Assembly (NCBI GenBank): GCA_964188305.1
Contig: OZ076885.1
Origin: Podarcis bocagei
Lineage: Eukaryota
Reading direction: 5' to 3' (one strand)
Length of the DNA: 64,000 nucleotides
Under the pieces are notes generated by a model that was not told the origin of the DNA, did not search any database, and saw only the letters and a program-made list of their open reading frames with translations. This document shows positions 22,203 to 34,345 of this stretch, in pieces. Each line of letters begins with the position of its first letter. The first letter of the stretch is position 1. The position numbers and the translations under genes were made by a program.

Positions 22203-23588
22203 AATTTCAAGAAAAAACATGCGGGTCTGCATATTGATTGCAATGTGAGCTCAAATCCAAGGGCAACTACAGTCTGAATGACAGAACCCAGTGGGTAATT
22301 TATCCTCCCTATATATAGGGACTTGTGTATCCCATGCTATTAAAATTTTGTACTCAGGCAATCCAAATTCTGTGTCCAGAAAAACTGAATTCTCTTAACT
22401 TGCATCAGTTACACAACCTTGTTCATTCTGCATAGCTTTGTAGGTTTTTTTAAAAAAATATAATTATGCCAACTTAGCTAGACATGGGAGGTGGACATTG
22501 AACTAAACTGGGTACTTGAAGCCCTATTCTGAACCCTTGGAAATACTGCTTTAAGATTTTAGCAAGCATTACCCCTACATTTTCAAGCATACCTTAAAAG
22601 TCACGAGGACTAGGAGGTTTTCTTTAAAAATGATGCTAAATTCTGCATTGTCTACCATTTTCTGCATGCCAAGAGTATTGCATCATATAAATAGCCCTGC
22701 TTATATCAAATAGAGGAGTGTTTCCAGGACCACCACACAATTCTAGGTCAAAGGACCCATTACTATAGTTGAAGCCCTTAAGCTTGTTTGGTCTTAGATG
22801 GAACATTGTAATGACATTTTGGGCTGTAAGCTCATTGGTAATTTGTAAAAGATAGTGATATTGTTGCACTTCAAGATGGCAATTGAGTTTCAAGATAAGT
22901 TTATGAGATAACCAAGGTGTGAAACTTTATTTCCTTGTAGAGCAGAATAACAAAAACTGAGCAAAATAACATTGAGATAGAATTCCATTGCAATAGCCGC
23001 ATGATTCAAACTCCCAACGCCATCTTCCAGGAATCATGTGTTTTGCTATTAGTTTTGCACTCTTTACCTAGCACATTGGGTTAGCAAATTTGTAAGGCAC
23101 AGCCACCTCCCAAATACTGACATTCATCCCAATCTTCTGGCATTCTTTTGCATTCACAATTTGTTACATTTTCCTTTCATGCCCAATTAGTACTTTATTT
23201 TCTCCAGTCCCTTTCCCTGTCAGCTTTTTAATTTTACTGGCTTCTTGCATTGCTCCTACCTGAGATACAACGTAATCCTTTCCTAAACGAGAGTATGTTT
23301 TTATCATAATTTAATGTAAAAGTAACACATAAATTTCTTATCTGTTTTGTGTGCAAGGTACAGGTGTATCAAGGGCATTTAAGTTGGCTGTTCTTGTTAG
23401 TTAATTCTATTTGTAGACCACCCTGTACCTGTAGATCTCAGGGCTATTGTGAGGGACTATCCAATTTTTTTAAAAAATAATAATCAGACATTTATTTTTA
23501 ACAGGCTATAGCATCTATATCTGGCCTTATACTTTCTTAATATTACTAAATATATTGGTACTCTTCAAACTATATGAATATCAACAAT

Positions 23589-23732
23589 GAGAGGTGGTGG
23601 ACTCTCCTTCCTTGGAGGTTTTTAAACAGGTTGGATGGCTATCTGTCATGGATGCTATAGCTGAGATTCCTGCATTGCAGGGGGTTAGACTAGATGACCC
23701 TTGGATCCCTTCCAACTCCAAGATTCTATGAT
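23589..23732 (+). mobile_element. CR1 LINE 3' fragment
   Basis: ggactctccttccttggaggtttttaa...gactagatgacccttg..cccttccaactc..attctatgat, a CR1 terminus. Confidence 0.8.
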
Positions 23733-25974
23733 AATATCTGAACTATTTATCCAGTCCTTTCTGGCTCACATGCTACAACCTGTTGATATAAATGTAACTT
23801 CAGGGCACTGTGGCCAAAATTGCTGGACTCAATTTTCAAAACATATTGGAAAAATCGGAAAAGGCTCGGGAAAATGAGTACTGTAGATACCTGGGGGATA
23901 GGGGAAAGATCTCTATATAAGCTGCCCTGGGAACACTGTAGTGTTGAGGATACAGGATAAAGCTGTCAAATAAAAACGGAAGTTTTCATTCTATGTATTG
24001 GCTTCTGATAGGAGCAAGTGCTAATCTAGCAGAAGTATATGACAGCTGCTAGCTGAAAACAAATCAGGTAAATCTAGTTCATGAAGACAAAAGTTCATAA
24101 TAGCAAGGCCAACTCGTTGGAGCCCTTTACTGAATAGCCTTTGGGACACTTATTGAAGATGCCCTGACTTAACAAGTGACTGAGAAAATGCAGCATGAAA
24201 TATGCTGGCCTATAAGGAAAGCAAAGACCATGTGAGCTCATACTCTCAGATCTGTAAAAGAGTGTTAAACATGTCACTTCCTTAGCATATGTATATGAAA
24301 GCCATCAAAAGAGTCTTTGTAAGAAATGGAATTAACAAAGTGTCTTCTGCAGGTTGGTTTGCAAGCTTCTCTTAGGAAATGAGGTATACTTTTTGTGCAT
24401 TCTGTCAAAAGCTAATGCTGATGGTATATCCTTTATAACTGAAACCAAATGAAATGTTAGAAGGTGGAAGCAAACCTCAAAGACTGCAGCTGTCATGCAG
24501 TGATGCATTTGGACTGTCTTGAGCAGCCCCAGGTTTAATCCCTGGCATCTCCCAATTAAAAGGATCTCTAGAAGTAAGACATTGTGTGTGGCCTAGCAGA
24601 TCCACCACCAGCTCTGGCCTAAATTGACCAGTTTTCTGACTCCATATAAGGCAATATTTTATATGCACCAGCATCTTTGCTACTTTGAAAACACTGTCTC
24701 TCATTGGTTGCACAATTGTCAGATAATAGAGCACAAATAGTCGAGATTAATAGCAAATTAATTTCCTTTGATTTTAAAAAAATCTTTATATTTCTGTTTG
24801 TGAAAATATTAATTTCTCTCTCTTTGGCAGCATTGAAGCTGTGCTTTCTATTGTCCCAGCTCCCCCCACCCCAACCACCACCCTTCAAAAGCAAGCATTG
24901 GTGTATGTTGCCACCGTTTAACTTGAAGCCTCAAATTTGGGCAATGTTTGTGGCTACAAATTGCTTCCTCCCTCTTGGAGGAAAAGTACCATCTGCTGAG
25001 CTTAATTTATAATCTCCATATTTGGGGCCTTTAAACATCTCCCTAGAGTCCAATTTCCTAAATCCATACCACCCTCTTCCTCATCATGGATTGATTAAAA
25101 CCAGGCAATTGCTACTTGAGCCAACAGCAGCTTTTGGATGTTCTGATACTCTGCAGACAATTTATTTGTGTATATCCACAAACCATGAGGTGGGCAAAAT
25201 ATTTTTGATTTAGATTAATTGATGTTTGGGGTCTCCGTATCACAAGAGAAGGATATGAACTGTGTACCTCTTAATCTGTGTGCTTGGTCTGGAAGAAGTT
25301 GAGTGTTCTCTGAGGAAGTTTTTCAGGAAAGATCAGATCATAAGATTCACACTTAAATGCCCACAAGGTTCTAGATTTTGAATTTTGAAGCATCCTGATG
25401 TAAAATACAGAAGGCTCTTGCACCCTCGCTCATGGATATGTTTTGGTGTATCTGCAAAATAGCAATGCATTTTAAAAACCAACAAGAGTACAGTCTTTCA
25501 TACAAGCAATTCAGCACATGTATAGACAACATGTAAGCACATTCAGTGCAAGAGGTGAACAACCCTGCAGACACTGGCACAACCAGGTCACTGGAGGATG
25601 AAAAATAAATCCATATACCAGGGGGCTGTGCTTGGCCATATGTCTCTACATATTTATTTGCAAATGTACATCTCCCCTTCAAATATTCATGCTGTTCACC
25701 ATGTAGTTATTGGTACCAGTTGGCCAGTATTTTCCTGGCCTAATTAGTAAAGCCATGATATCAAAAGTTGGCCACCCTGTGTGAGCACACCAGGAACATC
25801 TTACCGGGGTCAGGTGTAGAATGGTATTGAGGCTCTATATTAAAACAATGTTAATTTGCTCTATTTACTTTATTACCTTATTTATGTATTTACTTACTAG
25901 TCATTTGTTAGCTTTGTTTTGTTCTTCCACCAAAGTATCCTAAGATGCCTGAATCAAGCCAGTGAGGGAAAATA

Positions 25975-26380
25975 CCGTATTTTTCGCTCTATAACACGCA
26001 CCTGACCATAACACGCACATAGTTTTGAGAGGAGGAAAACAAGAAAAAAAATATTCTAAACGAAACAGTGGATGTATGATTTTTGTGGTTCATGCTGCAG
26101 CCACAGACATGTGATCTGACGGTGAGTTTGGGGTGGCCCAATGCAAAAATCCTGAGGATCCATGTGGATCCATGCTTTGTAACCATGTTTTTGCACCATT
26201 GTGGCCCCAGGCAACAGTGGGTGCGTGATTTTTTTGGTGCAGGCTGTAACCATGGATCCTCTGCTCACGACTGCAGCAGATCCCCCTGTCATCCGTAGGC
26301 ATTCGCTCCATAACACGCACAGACATTTCCCCTTACTTTCTAGGAGGAAAAAAGTGAGTGTTATGGTGCAAAAAATACGG
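25975..26380. mobile_element. Tc1/mariner (Tigger-like) MITE
   Basis: TIRs CCGTATTTTT / AAAAATACGG, TA on both sides, internal ATAACACGCAC subterminal repeats. Confidence 0.85.
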
Positions 26381-26970
26381 TAATTAAGTCTACAATCCTT
26401 TCTACCTGGGAGCAAATTCAATGGGACTTACCTTGTGTGTGCATGGCAAATAGCTTGGGATCTAAGTTACTAGATAGTATAGACATACACCATCTGTTAG
26501 ATTTCTATCCACATAGATTTACTACTCAAACTTGAACCTTGTTGTAGGTAGCTAAGAGAATATTTTATTTGCTCAAACTGTATAGAGTGAGTTGGTACAA
26601 GGCTTTACAGGCAGGGAGGGGATTGTTGCATAATTTTACATTTACAAATGCCCTGCGATGTAACATACATAACATGAGAAAGCTTGAAATCTGTGGGATG
26701 GGGAAAATTAAATTGTGGTGGGGGAAATTAAATAGTGGAAAAAGGGGGCCAGATCTTGAAATGGGCTTTCCAGAGTATGTTTGTAGTATTAGTATTGTCT
26801 CTTACTTTTCCATAAGGTTGTCAGCTTTGAGTCCCCATTTCTGCAAAAACCATTTTTCAGATGAGGTTTAACCCAATATTACTTCTCTTCCCAATTGTTA
26901 CAAAGCAGAGAAAGCCCCTTGTGAGAATTTGGAAACCCTTCAGCAAAGGCTGTTTTCTGTTGGTCTAAGC

Positions 26971-27256
26971 CAGGGTCGGCAAACTACGGTCCGGGGCCCG
27001 GATACGGCCCACCAGGCTCATAAATCCAGCCCGCGGAACCTGCCGCCCGCTCGGTCAGGCCCTGTGCTGAACTAAACCAGCACAGCACGGCATTTCCTTG
27101 AAAAGAAGCTGCAGACGCCTCACCGCACTGGGACTGACTTCCGCGACGCTGGCACGGCTTCAGATTGGCTGCAGGAAGCTCCTGCAGCCAATCCGAAGCT
27201 TCGCCACCCGCATGCTGAGGTAAACCCGGCTCAGCCATGGATTGCAATCCCATGGC
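26971..27256. mobile_element. Truncated hAT (Charlie-like) element, left end, CpG-rich
   Basis: CAGGGTCGGCAAACTACGG end followed by GGCCC repeats and internal hairpins (GATTGGCTGCAGG..CCTGCAGCCAATC). Confidence 0.6.
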
Positions 27257-28752
27257 CCTCCTTATAAAATGCAGTCTCTGATTCCTGACCTAGAGCCCAC
27301 TGTCCTAAAGGACTTCTGTTCAGTGAGCTGTAAAAGTTGTTTCATTTTCCTTACTCTCGTGGTGGCTTTCCTTATCCCTTAACCTCCTACAACTTTGCCT
27401 TGACTTCTGCTTGCCCCACCTGTTGATGACTTTAACAGAGGTGCTCTGAAGACAGGGCAGCCCCTCTTCCTGCCATTGGCTTAGCTGCTGTGATGTCACA
27501 AGAAGGCCCCTGGCCTACGTATAGTAGAGTCACGGGCCACATTAGAACCTAAACACCAAAGTCTTCCATTATTACTTTGTTCCTGTCGTTGAATTCATCT
27601 GTAATTACACTGCAGGTTTTGAATGGCACTTCGTTGGTAAAGATTAATCTGTTATGTGCATGCGCAGAAACGCACACATTGAGAGTCTGATAAAAGGCTT
27701 GAAAACCAGTCATATACCTGACTCACCATGGATGGCATGAGTCAAACTTACAGCTCCTGATATTGACTGCTATTTTGTGTTGTAAGAAATTAAATATGAG
27801 TTATTACTAGTGGGCTTCATCTAATAATATGCGAAACACTTCTGCTTGTGACTAACTTGTGGAATTTGGCTGACCAATCTGGATTTTGACTTGCACATTT
27901 TGACTTGAGTGTCAGAGACGGGATTGAATTTTGCTGTTTTACTCTGTTGTTGGCTTCCAACTTAACATATGGAAATGGTCACAAAATCTTGGGCATTCGT
28001 ATGATGTTGATGACTCACAAGTTAAACTGAAGCTAAGCAGCAATTTTCCAACCTGAACCCAATAGTCTTTATTGGAACTAAGCCTGAAATCCTGAACCAG
28101 CTTGGTTCTAATTTTTAATAAGCTGTTTCAAAAGATCTCTATTCTGTGTTTTCTCCATTCCTAGCCCTCCTATGTGGTGTTACAATGTAATAATAAACCA
28201 CCTAATTCAAGTGATCTTGAATAGCTATTCTAGGAGGTTCCAGAGGGGTTTTTTTTCATCCACAATGCTGCTTTTCAAAAGTGGAAGCTACAGTCACCAA
28301 ATGTTTTCCTTGCCAAGTAAGGTCATAGTGATCCCATTAATAAAAGCTGAGTGGAGTGTGTCAAGCCATCTATCCATGCAAACATCCTCAAGCATGCAGG
28401 GGACTGAAGGCTTTAAGCTATCTTCTCTCAAAGAGGTACCTGGTGTTCAACAAGCAGCTGTGTGACTGGGGAGATGGGTTTTTGATCCAGAGAAGGGCGG
28501 CTAGCCATTTTCTAGAAAAAGTCAGAATGGCAGCTTCAGAAATAACCCAATCAAGTTGTCATGAAGATCCTAGTTCTATCTTCCACTGATTTCTCCGTCA
28601 AGCTTATCTTCTGCCCCACAGAGCTGAAGTGAAGTAACAGTGCACACGTTGTCTGCAGGGCCAAAGAACTGATCCCAAGAAAGGTTGCAGCTTAAAAAGT
28701 TGTCCAGTCATTTCCTTGCCAAGGAACAGTGTTCAAAACCAAAACATTTGTT

Positions 28753-28831
28753 GTTGTTGTTGTTGTTGTTAGTCGTGCCCGACTCTTCGTGACCCCATGG
28801 ACCAGAGCACGCCAGGCACTCCTGTCTTCCA
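28753..28831 (-). mobile_element. 5'-truncated RTE-BovB 3' end with (GTT)n tail
   Basis: agtcgtg.ccgactcttcgtgaccccatggaccagagcacgccagg Bov-A-like motif; flanked by direct repeat CAAAACATTTGTT at 28740-28752 and 28832-28844. Confidence 0.85.
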
Positions 28832-29332
28832 CAAAACATTTGTTATTTAATTAAAAAACAAAAAGCACCTTATCTACGTCACCTTTGCTTCAGACTTGTT
28901 TCTTCTTTTGTCAATAGGATGTAAAATGCTTCAAAGATTTGTCAGATTTTATCTGTTGCTCGTAATGAATTTTGCCTCTACAACTCTCAAGACCCAAAGT
29001 AATTTGTATCTCACAGTAAGATAATAGCTTTAACAGTGTAGACCAGAATTGAGGGGAAGTTGCTACATGATTACAGTATAGGGCCTCTCCCCTACTCAGA
29101 TCCCTTCTATTTCTGCCTAGCAGGTAATATTCTTTTCCAGTTCAGGATACTTTAAATATACAGTAAGGGGATACATACAGCAAGACAGAAATTCCACTCC
29201 CTGCTTTCCACTGTCATTTGGTTAGTTCATAACCTCTGGTTCAGAGATTTTCTAGCAAGACTTCTCAAGAAACTGTTCAGAAGCTTCCTCCATGAGATCA
29301 ATACCAACAGACAAATTTAACTGAAAGTGAAA

Positions 29333-29676
29333 AGGCCATAGAGTTCAGTAGGTGATACAGCATATGCCGTGCAGGCAAGAGTCCCAGGTTCAGTTCTTGG
29401 ACCTTCTCCAAAAGCAGGCATGGGGAACCCTTGGCCCTCCAGATGCTGCTGAACTACAATGCCCAGCAACCCTGGCCATTGGCCAGCTTGCTGGGGCTGA
29501 TGGGATTTGTAGTGCAGCAACATCTGGAGGACCAAAGGTTCCTTGCTGCTGTCCTGAAAATATCAGGCAATGGGTGATGGGGGAAGAGCCTCTTGCAAAG
29601 CGCTAGTGCTTAGTCAGTGTAGTGGATTGTGCTAGGTGGCTGGAGAGTCTGACTTGGTAGAAAGCAGATTCCTATC
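29333..29676 (+). mobile_element. tRNA-derived SINE interrupted by a hairpin hAT MITE (29415-29551)
   Basis: A/B-box-like head (gttcagtaggt..cccaggttcagttc), SINE body resumes after the MITE. Confidence 0.55.
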
Positions 29677-30284
29677 TTCTGAAATGCAGCTTTCCCATCG
29701 CTCCCAACTTCCCTACCCCAAAGCTAAATTTGGGAGGAGTGGCATCGTCTGAACCAAAAGGGTCCCGCTAGTGCTCAGCATATGTATGCACACACCCTAT
29801 AATATCCTCTACAACACACAGGGTTTCCATGATGGCCTGGCTGAATTCTACAGTAGTCTTTTGATATGGAAAGTCAAGGCAGAAAGTTTGAAAACCACTG
29901 TCCTAGTTATGCAGGGCCTAATAAGGAAATGTGTGTTGGCTTCCCCTGGAGCTCTACAGTACTTACATCACTTTAAACATATTATTTCCTGGCCACATAT
30001 ATGGCATTTTGCCGGCTTCTCCTCCGCAGGAAAAATTGGTCTCCTGCCCCAGGGTGGAGAGCGGTTTCTGTTGTATGGCGGCGCTGGTCTCACTTGGGCG
30101 AGGATGATAAACAGTAGTTGCTCTTCCTCCTCCTGGCCCTAGGTGAATGAGCTGGTGTGAACAATTCTGAATTATAGTGAATTCAGATCTGGAGTAGGAG
30201 TGGGTAGACTTTGTTAACTTTGTGGCCCCTTTCTGTCGCTTAGTCTGTGCATATATGGGTGTAGGATCAGAAGCCTAACTACAT

Positions 30285-30489
30285 TAGGACTGCCATATTT
30301 CAAACAGTGAAAATCCGGACAGAAAAGTTGTTGAGCTTTTGTTGCTGTTTGGCCAAAGTTGTTGAGCTTTTTGGGCTGCCACCAAACATCCGGATTTTCC
30401 TGGACATTTACCCAATTTCCACCTCGACACTGCTGCCGACTGCAGTATTTCGTATATCTTCAGGAAAATCCAGATATATGGCAACTCTA
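30285..30489. mobile_element. hAT MITE
   Basis: TIRs TAGGACTGCCATAT / ATATGGCAACTCTA; 8-bp TSD aactacat/aacttcat (7 of 8 match). Confidence 0.8.
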
Positions 30490-31036
30490 AACTTCATTAA
30501 ACTTTTCTTGTTGTATTCAGATAAAATGTTCGTTGAAGCAATGTTATTTTTAGGTTTTCCTGCTGGAGCAACAGACATTTACTATACTGTGTAGTGGCCT
30601 GCTGATGAAAAACAGAGCTGCAAGAGCAAAGGTAGGGGAGAGTAATAATTCCAAGGACTGGAATGTAAATGCCTCACAGAATCCTCCTTGGAAACGTACC
30701 CTGGAATTATCCATGCTAAGTCTCCCAAATGTGTGTGCTGCTCTGATCTCAAAGTCTGAATGGCTTAGAAATAGGCCTCTATTTTATTTATTTTCAGTAT
30801 TATTGATATAAACAAAAGCAGGGGAAATACATGCACTTGGAAGATGTGAAGCAGTAGGTCACAGTGGAGTCCTGTGGTACCTTTCAGTTTAATTTATTAG
30901 TGCAGGATTTTTTATAAGGCAGCAAACAGGCTTGCATCTGCTGAAAGGGTAAGGTCTGGCTTACCAGAAGTAATGATGCCATTCATGAAGTACTGTGAAA
31001 TCCTATGCATGTTTACTTGAAAGTAAATCCCACTGT

Positions 31037-31103
31037 TCTGGTCTGCTCTGGTCCATAGGGTCACGAAGAGTTGGACACGACTAAATGACTAAACAACAAC
31101 AAC
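31037..31103 (+). mobile_element. 5'-truncated RTE-BovB 3' end with (AAC)n tail
   Basis: gggtcacgaagagttggacacgactaa motif; 12-bp TSD AAATCCCACTGT at 31025-31036 and 31104-31115. Confidence 0.85.
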
Positions 31104-31320
31104 AAATCCCACTGTATCTCATGTAAATGGGTGCACAGAATTGCTGTTTTACTCTTTTAAGGCATCTGAGAATACACTTTTGGCTTTGAATCTGAACAGT
31201 GTTTTAAAATGAAATCCTCTTGCAATGTGTATCTTGTGGTTGGGGAGTTAGAAAACAGTTCAGAAATCTTTAAGATGACTTTAAGGACACTGCCATAACT
31301 GCAGCTTTCAAAGTTAGATT

Positions 31321-31546
31321 CAGGTAGGTGTTGTTCTGACGCAGTCGAAATATATGTTAAAAAAATAAAGAAATTGTTCAGTAGTACCTTAGAGACCAAC
31401 TAAGTTTGTTCTTGGTACAGTATAAGCTTTTGTGTGCATGCACGGTATCCGAAGAAGTGTGCATGCACACGAAAGCTTATACCAAGAACAAACTTAGTTG
31501 GTCTCTGAGGTACTACTGGACAATTTCTTAATTTTTTAATATATTT
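31321..31546. mobile_element. Penelope-like element remnant forming an inverted repeat
   Basis: Arms GTAGTACCTTAGAGACCAACTAAGTTTGTTCTTGGTA / TACCAAGAACAAACTTAGTTGGTCTCTGAGGTACTAC; sequence resembles reptile Penelope pLTRs. Confidence 0.75.
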
Positions 31547-31891
31547 TGAGTTTTCAAAGCATTTTATATTATTCTTGAACAAAACAAGGTGCTGACGGTT
31601 TGTATCACCTTTCCTGAATACAAAATGACCTCATCTGATTATATTCACAAGTGTTTCTCCCTTACTATAAGGATTTTAAAAACTGCTCTTTAAAGGAAAA
31701 ATAGTGACTTAAAATCACAAAGAATCACCCAGCCTTGCTCCAGGAAGCTTCTGCAGCTGTTTTAAGTAGAGATCTTTGTATGCAGGTGTACACTGGGTTT
31801 GAATCTCATTCCATTCAAAGTACAGGCAATGATGAGACAAACAAATAGGAAAGATGATTTCATAGGACAGAGTTACGGGTTCATTCTGTGG

Positions 31892-32073
31892 TAGAGGTTC
31901 TTTACCTTTTTGGGGATCACAGACCCCTTCAAGAATCTGAAGAAAGCTGTGCACATAAACACACACAAAGTTTTGCATACAATTTATGTATGCATCGGAA
32001 AAATCTTGTATGTGTGTGCCGAGTTTATGGATCCTCTGAAGCCCATTCATGGATCCCAGATTAATAAACCCTC
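31892..32073. mobile_element. Old hAT-Charlie-type MITE (MER5-like)
   Basis: gaccccttcaagaatctga..aaagct..ttttgcatacaattt..ctgaagccc..catggatcccag motifs, recognised from memory of MER5-group consensus sequences. Confidence 0.5.
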
Positions 32074-32840
32074 ATTTTATGGCCAAAAACAGGGACTGCA
32101 ACACCAGATTCACAAGAACCTTCCTGGAGAGACTTGACTGGTTGAGATGGAGCAATGCATCACTCTTCACATTCTTTTGATGAATATAGTAACACCAAAC
32201 AAACAGGGCTTCTATAGATTGTAATTTTTATATTGTTATACAGTACAGGAAAAATGAAAAGGGATTTAAAAAATAGCTCTTATGGTATTTACTTCCAATA
32301 TGCATATTATTTTTTTGTAGATATTAGAATTCAGATGCCAATGTCTCTAGGGATCTTCTTAGCTAGAATTGAGCTTTGCAGCAGCACAGCACCTAAGTTG
32401 ATTAGTAGCTAAAGGGGCCATGACTCTTGTTAATACAGAGCCATTGTGACATCAGAGTAGATCAGCCAATGACACTGAGAGGGAGGCAACCTTTGAGGGG
32501 AGCAGCAGAGAGAAAGGGGGGGAGCACAATTTGGAAGAAGATCCAGCAACTCTAAGGCTCAGTACAAAAGTTATAAGACTGGTGGTTTTTTGAGCCTTGT
32601 GATGAGAGGGTCTTTTTATGCTTGAGTGCAGAATGCTAGGAATAAAGACACATTTATAGACCTCTGTGAGAGGAAAGCCTTGTTACTAGGCCCTCTAGTT
32701 AAAAAAAATGAGAAGATTGTATGCTTACTGAGACAGAGGTAGAGCATAACAAACAATAAATACTTGCGCAAAGAAAAATTGCTCTCAATCATTAACCTCA
32801 CAGGTGATGGTATGGGAGTTATTTGCGTGCAGAAGCTATA

Positions 32841-32876
<36 letters not shown>

Positions 32877-32884
32877 GCGGCGGC
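32841..32884. repeat. (ATG)12 microsatellite followed by short (GCG)n
   Basis: Directly visible. Confidence 0.95.
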
Positions 32885-33482
32885 TTTCCAAAAAACAATT
32901 TATTCCAAAAGGAGGGAGAAAGAGATGTTTAAAAAAACACACCAGTTGCATGCATGTGAAGTTAAGATTGGAGCCTAGCAGTTCAGCCAGTTCAAAACTT
33001 CAGAAGCAGATGTACAAAACTGTACCATTAGCTCCATAAGTGTACAGAATTATGCAATAGAAGACATCCACTATATTCTGTGGCACCATGGAGAATGGGC
33101 AATGAGGACCTTGCTGACTTTTCAAAGGCACACGCTCCTGTGTAAACCTACAGGTGAGGATAAATAGTTTGTCTTAGGTTACATCCACACTGTACATTTA
33201 AAGCGCTCTTATACCACTATAACAGTCATGGCTTTCTGCAAAGAATCCTGGGAACTGTAGTTAGTTAAGGGTGCAGAGAATTGTATCTCTCGGGGGGGGG
33301 GAGCGTCTCTTAACAACTCTCAGCACCCTCAACAAACTACAGATCCTAAGGTTCTTTGCAGGAAGCCATGAGTGAGTGACATTACTGAATGGGCCGCTAA
33401 TTTCTTTGTTTCTCTCTATGGACTAATAACAGCGCTCCTTAGTAGAAAAAGATAAAAGAGAAGCCAGAGATACTATGTAGAT

Positions 33483-33618
33483 CAGTGATGGCCAAACTTG
33501 GCACTCCAGCTGTTTTGGGACTACAACTCCCATCATCCCTAGCTAACAGGACCAGTGGTCAGGGATGATGGGAACTGTATTCCCAAAACAGCTGGAGGGC
33601 CAAGTTTGGTCATCACTG
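33483..33618. mobile_element. Young 136-bp hairpin hAT MITE
   Basis: TIRs CAGTGATGGCCAAACTTGGC / GCCAAGTTTGGTCATCACTG; perfect 8-bp TSD ATGTAGAT at 33475-33482 and 33619-33626. Confidence 0.92.
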
Positions 33619-34048
33619 ATGTAGATCCTAGTGTTTCATATTCTGCTTATTTCTGCACATCATATCTGAAAAGAAAATTGTTGTTCAAGGCAATCCTGAA
33701 TAACTAGCAACTTTTCTCTAGAGTTGCTCTCTGGAGAGTATTACAACAGTGCCTGGGACCCAAGTCCTGGGTGGAATCTACACACACATAAAAAATGCTG
33801 TGAAAATGTTGTTGTTTTTTAAAATGTTTTGGAGAAATATTTTGAATTTGTCATAGCTCATCACCGCCATCTATTGTGACATTTGTATATTGTACTTTAC
33901 AACCCACTTAAAACATTTTATTTGCAGCTATATAGCGGAGTCTCTGGTCTTGTTCTGCCAACCCCTAAAACTTAGTGATGATTTACTATACAAGAACAAG
34001 AATAAGCTAGCCCATTTTCATACTGGCACTTTATTCATTGTGGTTCTT

Positions 34049-34345
34049 ACTATTTTATAAAATATTTCAGGAACATAACAGTTGCACTCAGAAATGTATT
34101 ATTTCTGCTATTATTTTGTAGTACAAGATAACAAAGGCCTTTCTGCAACTATTTTATCAAATATTTCAGGAACATAACAGTTGCACTCAGAAATGTATTA
34201 TTTCTGCTATGATTTTGTAGTACAAGATAACAAAGGCCTTTCTGCAACTATTTTATCAAATATTTCAGGAACATAACAGTTGCACTCAGAAATGTATTAT
34301 TTCTGCTATTATTTTGTAGTGTAAGATAACAAAGGCCTTTCTGCA
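34049..34345. repeat. Tandem repeat, 3 x 99 bp
   Basis: Units start at 34049, 34148 and 34247 and differ at only a few positions. Confidence 0.95.

Noticed and set aside
22636-23260. Protein-like ORF on the - strand downstream of KDM2A
   Set aside because: Interrupted by stops; may be an ancient LINE ORF2 C-terminal remnant, but this cannot be supported without a BLASTX search against TE proteins
28900-29225. Exon-like segment encoding a signal-peptide-like stretch (MLQRFVRFYLLLVMNF)
   Set aside because: No phase-compatible downstream exon and no recognisable protein
32616-32951. Poly-His ORF on the - strand
   Set aside because: It is just the (ATG)12 microsatellite read in reverse
34049-34345. 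Possible CRISPR-like array
   Set aside because: Units are contiguous with no unique spacers; vertebrate context with no cas genes
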